From NCBI GenBank assembly GCA_051294375.1, contig CM119268.1, positions 21,568,753-21,593,525 on the forward strand: DNA of 24,773 nucleotides, written 5' to 3'. How positions within the stretch are numbered: position 1 is the stretch's first letter; each line of letters opens with the position of its first letter. The position numbers and the translations under genes were made by a program. This DNA is from Paraspadella gotoi. Its lineage: Eukaryota > Animalia > Chaetognatha. The notes beneath the pieces were generated by a model that did not search any database, had not been told where the DNA came from, and worked only from the letters and a program-made list of their open reading frames with translations. Of this stretch, positions 20,446 through 24,773 are shown piece by piece.

Positions 20446-21611
20446 AATATTTGGTTGTGAAAATTTGGCATTAAGGAAAGAGAGACAGAGAGCTTTCAAT
20501 AAATAATTGAAAAAAAGACAGTGAGAGAGTGAGGACTGATTAAAGTCAGTATAGATTGAGAGACAGGGTAATGAAAGAGAAATGAAATTAAAACTGGAAC
20601 TTGAGATACATTTAAATAAATGTAAATAAAATTTAACAATACTAAAACAATTTTAAAACTTTGAAATTAACAATTAACTTTTATAAATAAATCATCAAAT
20701 AAAGCATTTAAAGATTATTTTATAAAGTTGAAATTTTTTGGAGATTTTGAAATTTTTTTTAATAGATTCTGGTAGAGCTTTCAAAGTTAGATAAAAGTTA
20801 TTAATACAACTTTTTACAATTTATTTGTTTTATTGATAAAAATTTTAAAAACTATAAAATTCAGCCAATGATGATGATGATGATGATTTTTTAAGGTTTT
20901 TTCTATTTTTAACCAATTTATTATCAAAATTTTAAAAAATTGTAGTACTAACTTCCATTTAACTTTTAAAGCTCTAATGGAATCCGTTCTTAAAAAATGA
21001 AATTTACAAACAATTTTTGTCATTTGTTATATATTAATAAATATTTAAAAGCTTCAGTGCAACAACCCAATGAACTAATTCAAAAAGTTGCATTGAAAAT
21101 CGATTTAGTAATGGAAGGAAAAAAGAAATTTTTTTGAGAGAACTAAAAGTTATAGAAAGTGTTTAATTTTGGCCCGCCTTAATGCATATGCACTTGCAAA
21201 TAGTTGCATACAATTTCTTGCAAACAAATTCTTACATGTAATAATATAAATCTTATTTAACTTTGAAAAAAATAAATAATCCCTCTTATTTTACTTTTTT
21301 TTCTCTCTTTTTCTTTCCCTCTTTGAAATAAAAAAAACCAAATGAATGAAAAAGTTAATAAACATTGTCGGATCTGCCTACGATAAATGATAAATGACAA
21401 TAATTTTTTATTTTAATTTTTTATCCTAACTGATCATAACAGATCGTACCATACCAAACCAATGGCTGCGCCAGAATATGTAAAAAATCGCTTGCAAGGG
21501 ATTAAACTAAACTGTTACTATGGTAAAAAAAACAAATATTTTTTTTAACTATTATTTTTTTTTTCAACTTGCTTCACTTATTTCACTTGCATCATTTTTT
21601 AAACTTGCATA

Positions 21612-21845
21612 TATCATGTCAGAACATCGAATTATGATAAATTATGCAAAAAAATTATGTCTGTCCGTCCATCTGTCTGTCTGTCTGTCCGTCCGTCCGT
21701 CACACCTTTGCAAAAAACACCAATTACTCGTGATTGGATAGATGGATTAGAAAAAAATTTTGTGTGTGGGTAGGGAAGTTAGTGATTGAGCTGGATATAA
21801 AGTTTCGATGGAATCGTCCGAGTGGAAATGAGTTTAAATGGAAAA
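21612..21845 (-). mobile_element. HINE/DINE-1-like repeat copy
   Basis: Closely matches 6298-6516, including the CTGT/CCGT microsatellite. Confidence 0.6.
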
Positions 21846-22214
21846 AATAAAAAAAAACCTGTTTCACTAATTGATTATTTTTCTTTTTCATTTTATATTA
21901 AATGTAAATGCAAGATGTATTAATTAATCAAATAATTAATCAGTTAATTAATCAATTTGTCAATTAATTAATCAATAATTATTTATTCAGTCAATTAATC
22001 AATCAATTAATTATTCAATCAATAAATTTATCTATTAATTAATTATTCAATCAATCAATCAAGTCAATCGTTATCGGCATTATTCTCATAGTCGTCATTG
22101 CTTTTTTCGTGGTTAGTGACGAAAAGACCTAAAACAAACATTTTTGATCAAATTAATTAATTAATTGCATAATTAATTAATTATTATCATTATTATAATT
22201 ATTATAATTATTAT

Positions 22215-22510
22215 CATTGATTGATGCAATGAGAGTTATTTATTTATGCTATTATAATCATTCATTGATGATATTATAATCAATAATTGATTCGATGATA
22301 ATCATTCATTGTTGAGATGATAATCATCCACTGATGCGAAGATAATCATTCATTGATGCGGTGATAGTCATTCATTGATAAGATAATAATCATTCATTGA
22401 TGCGATCATAGTCATTGATTGTTGCGATTATTATTTATCAATACGATTATTGATGCAATGATAATATTTTAGTGTTGTGATAATAGTAGGTGCAATGATA
22501 ATCGATAAAT
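22215..22510 (+). repeat. About 21-bp minisatellite (CATTGATGCGATGATAATCATT), degenerate
   Basis: Same unit family as 10030-10225. Confidence 0.75.
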
Positions 22511-23099
22511 GAAGTACACAACAGAGAGATGATGATGATGATTAATACATCTATTAACGCCTGGGCCAGTGTTGGTCCTTTAGCGATCCTTTAGGCGATC
22601 ATAATAAACAGTGACAGTTTTACAGATAATTCCTAAACTACTACATTTGATCTATTATGACTGTTTTGACCAGAGATGCAAACGCGATCCGGGAGGCGGA
22701 GTGGAAACGCGCGGAGGCGCATGTTTTTTGAGGTGGCGAACTTGGCAAGAGTCAAAAATTGGGAGAAGGGAGGCGAATGCGGAGGCGCAAAAAACGTTGT
22801 TCCAAAAATTGTTATTTTTTTCAAATTTAAATATTGCTAAATTTTATTAACATATTTTTTATTCAAAAAGAAATATTTCTAGTTCTGTTTATATTTATTT
22901 TATCTAATAAGTTGTACATAAGCATATATTTTTATATATTTTATTTTAATACATTCATTCACTCAATTTATTCCTTTTTTTTTAAACAAAAGATAATTAA
23001 TTTGTTAATTTTATTCCTATGAATATTAATTAAATCATTTATTCATAATTCTATCTATTCTATTTATTTATTTACTTTATTCATTTTATTAATCAAATA

Positions 23100-23830
23100 T
23101 TTTTTTATCTAGCATCATTTTTTAAACTTTGCATCTTTTTTGATTTGCATTATTATTTTAACTGGATCATTTTTTCAACTGGCATAATTTTTTTAACTGG
23201 CATAATTTTTTTAACATGCTGTGGTGATATTTTTTATTTATATTATTTTACAACTTGAATCATATTTTTAATTTGCATTATTTTTTTTAAACTATATCAT
23301 TTTTTGAATTGCATTATTTTTTTTAATTTGTATTATTTTCCAACTTGCATCATGTTTTTATCTTGGATCATTTTTTAACTTGCATCATTTTTTAAACTAG
23401 CTTCATTTTTAAACTTGTATATTTTTTATTTGCATTGATTTTTTAACTTGCATCATTTTTTAATTCATTTCATTTTTTTAAATTTTCATTATCTTTTAAA
23501 CTTGAAACATTTTTTTTAACTTCCATTATTTTTTTTATTTATAATATTTTTTTGATTTGCATTATTTTTTTGATTTGCATTATTTTTTAACTTACATAAT
23601 TTTTTCATCTTAAATCATTTTTTATCTTGCATTTTGCATTTTTTGAATGCATATTTTTTAAATGCATAATTTTTAAACCTATATCATTTTTCAACTTGCA
23701 TCATTTTTTAAATTGCATCATTTTTTAAATTGCAGCATTTTTTAAACTTGCCTTATTTTCTTAACTTTATATTTTTAAACTTTTATTATTTTTTAACTTT
23801 TATTATTTTTTAACTTGTATTATTTATCTT
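23100..23830 (+). repeat. About 18-20-bp minisatellite (TTTTTTAACTTGCATCAT)n
   Basis: Dozens of degenerate units; short arrays of the same unit near 10580, 11480 and 21560. Confidence 0.85.
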
Positions 23831-24447
23831 TTTTGTAATTTTTTAAAATTTATATTACCTTTTAACTTATATGGTTTTAATTTTTATATTAAATTTATAT
23901 ATCAATTTATTTATAAAAACAATTCATAAAATTGGTACAAACAATATAAAAATTATTCATTTGTTGTTAGTTGTGAAATAATTAATTCAATTAATTAATT
24001 AATATATAAGACTAATCAATTATTGTTTTAACTAATTAATTAATTAATTATCGCTTTGATCGTCATCAGATCCGCATTGTTTGCTTTTTTTTATTCTAAG
24101 TAAAACTAAAAACTTTCAGCTTGAATTAAAAAACAAGAAAAAAAAAATTTTTAATGCCAAATAGTAAAAGAAATTTTAAATACTACTAACTTTTTTGGAT
24201 TTTTAATTGATATTTTTTTAAACAATTAGTAAAATAATATCTTTCCTTTTTTTAATTTAATTAATCATATTAAATTAACAAAATGTTTGATTGGAAAGTA
24301 AAAAAAAGAAATAGAAAAAAAGAAAGTAAATTAAAAAATAAAGGAATACAGAGAAAGTAAGAGAGAGAGAAAGAGGAAAAAGAGTGAGTGAAAAAGAGAA
24401 AGAAAGAGAGAGAGAGAGAGAAAGAAAGAGTGAAAAAGAGAGAGTGA

Positions 24448-24544
24448 GGGCTTCCCGACTGGGATTTTTTCTAGGAATTCGCGGCGGGATCGGGCTTCAA
24501 TCTGCGATCCCCTTCCAAAATCGAGGCAGGGATTCCCCGTAGTG
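24448..24544. mobile_element. Possible CACTA/CMC-type terminal fragment
   Basis: GC-rich patch ending GGGATTCCCCGTAGTG (reverse complement CACTACGGGGAATCCC). The partner end was not seen. Confidence 0.3.
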
Positions 24545-24773
24545 GTTTAAATATGAACAGTTGTAGAGAACAGTGGCAGAGTGCTGTGAGAACTGTCCCC
24601 TTATTGCCAGTTCATATTGAGCGTTTATGAGCCGCGTCATACTTGAATAAGTCTTTCATATACTAATTACCAAATTGTTACTATTTTTAAAATAAATTAT
24701 TTTCATTAATAACTTGAACAAATAATCGTATGTTTATGAGAATGGGTTCAAATTAAAGCTTTCTTTTAGTAAA

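Overview
Very AT-rich eukaryotic genomic DNA, probably animal (GT-AG introns, TTAGGG motifs, Penelope/Tc1/LTR elements); I cannot name the species. The only host gene I can support is a + strand, multi-exon tandem-GAF cyclic-nucleotide phosphodiesterase-like gene. Its visible exons run from about 3978 to 20109 and it continues beyond them on both sides. The catalytic HD motif is lost and there is one in-frame stop. Almost everything else is transposon-derived. (1) A 2.9-kb non-autonomous LTR element (1043-3975) has unusual CAACG...CGTTG ends, a 4-bp TSD that overlaps a splice acceptor, and a broken ORF carrying six QT/TQT (LC8-type) motifs. (2) A 2.28-kb palindrome (7050-9326) is built from TTAGGG-containing subrepeats. 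(3) An internally deleted Tc1 lies at 13273-14208. (4) A Penelope fragment with hammerhead motifs and a 13-bp TSD (14410-18352) contains a nested 3.1-kb element with an 8-bp TSD. (5) Many HINE/DINE-1-like fragments and minisatellites fill the rest. All alignments and translations were done by eye; family assignments were not checked against databases.
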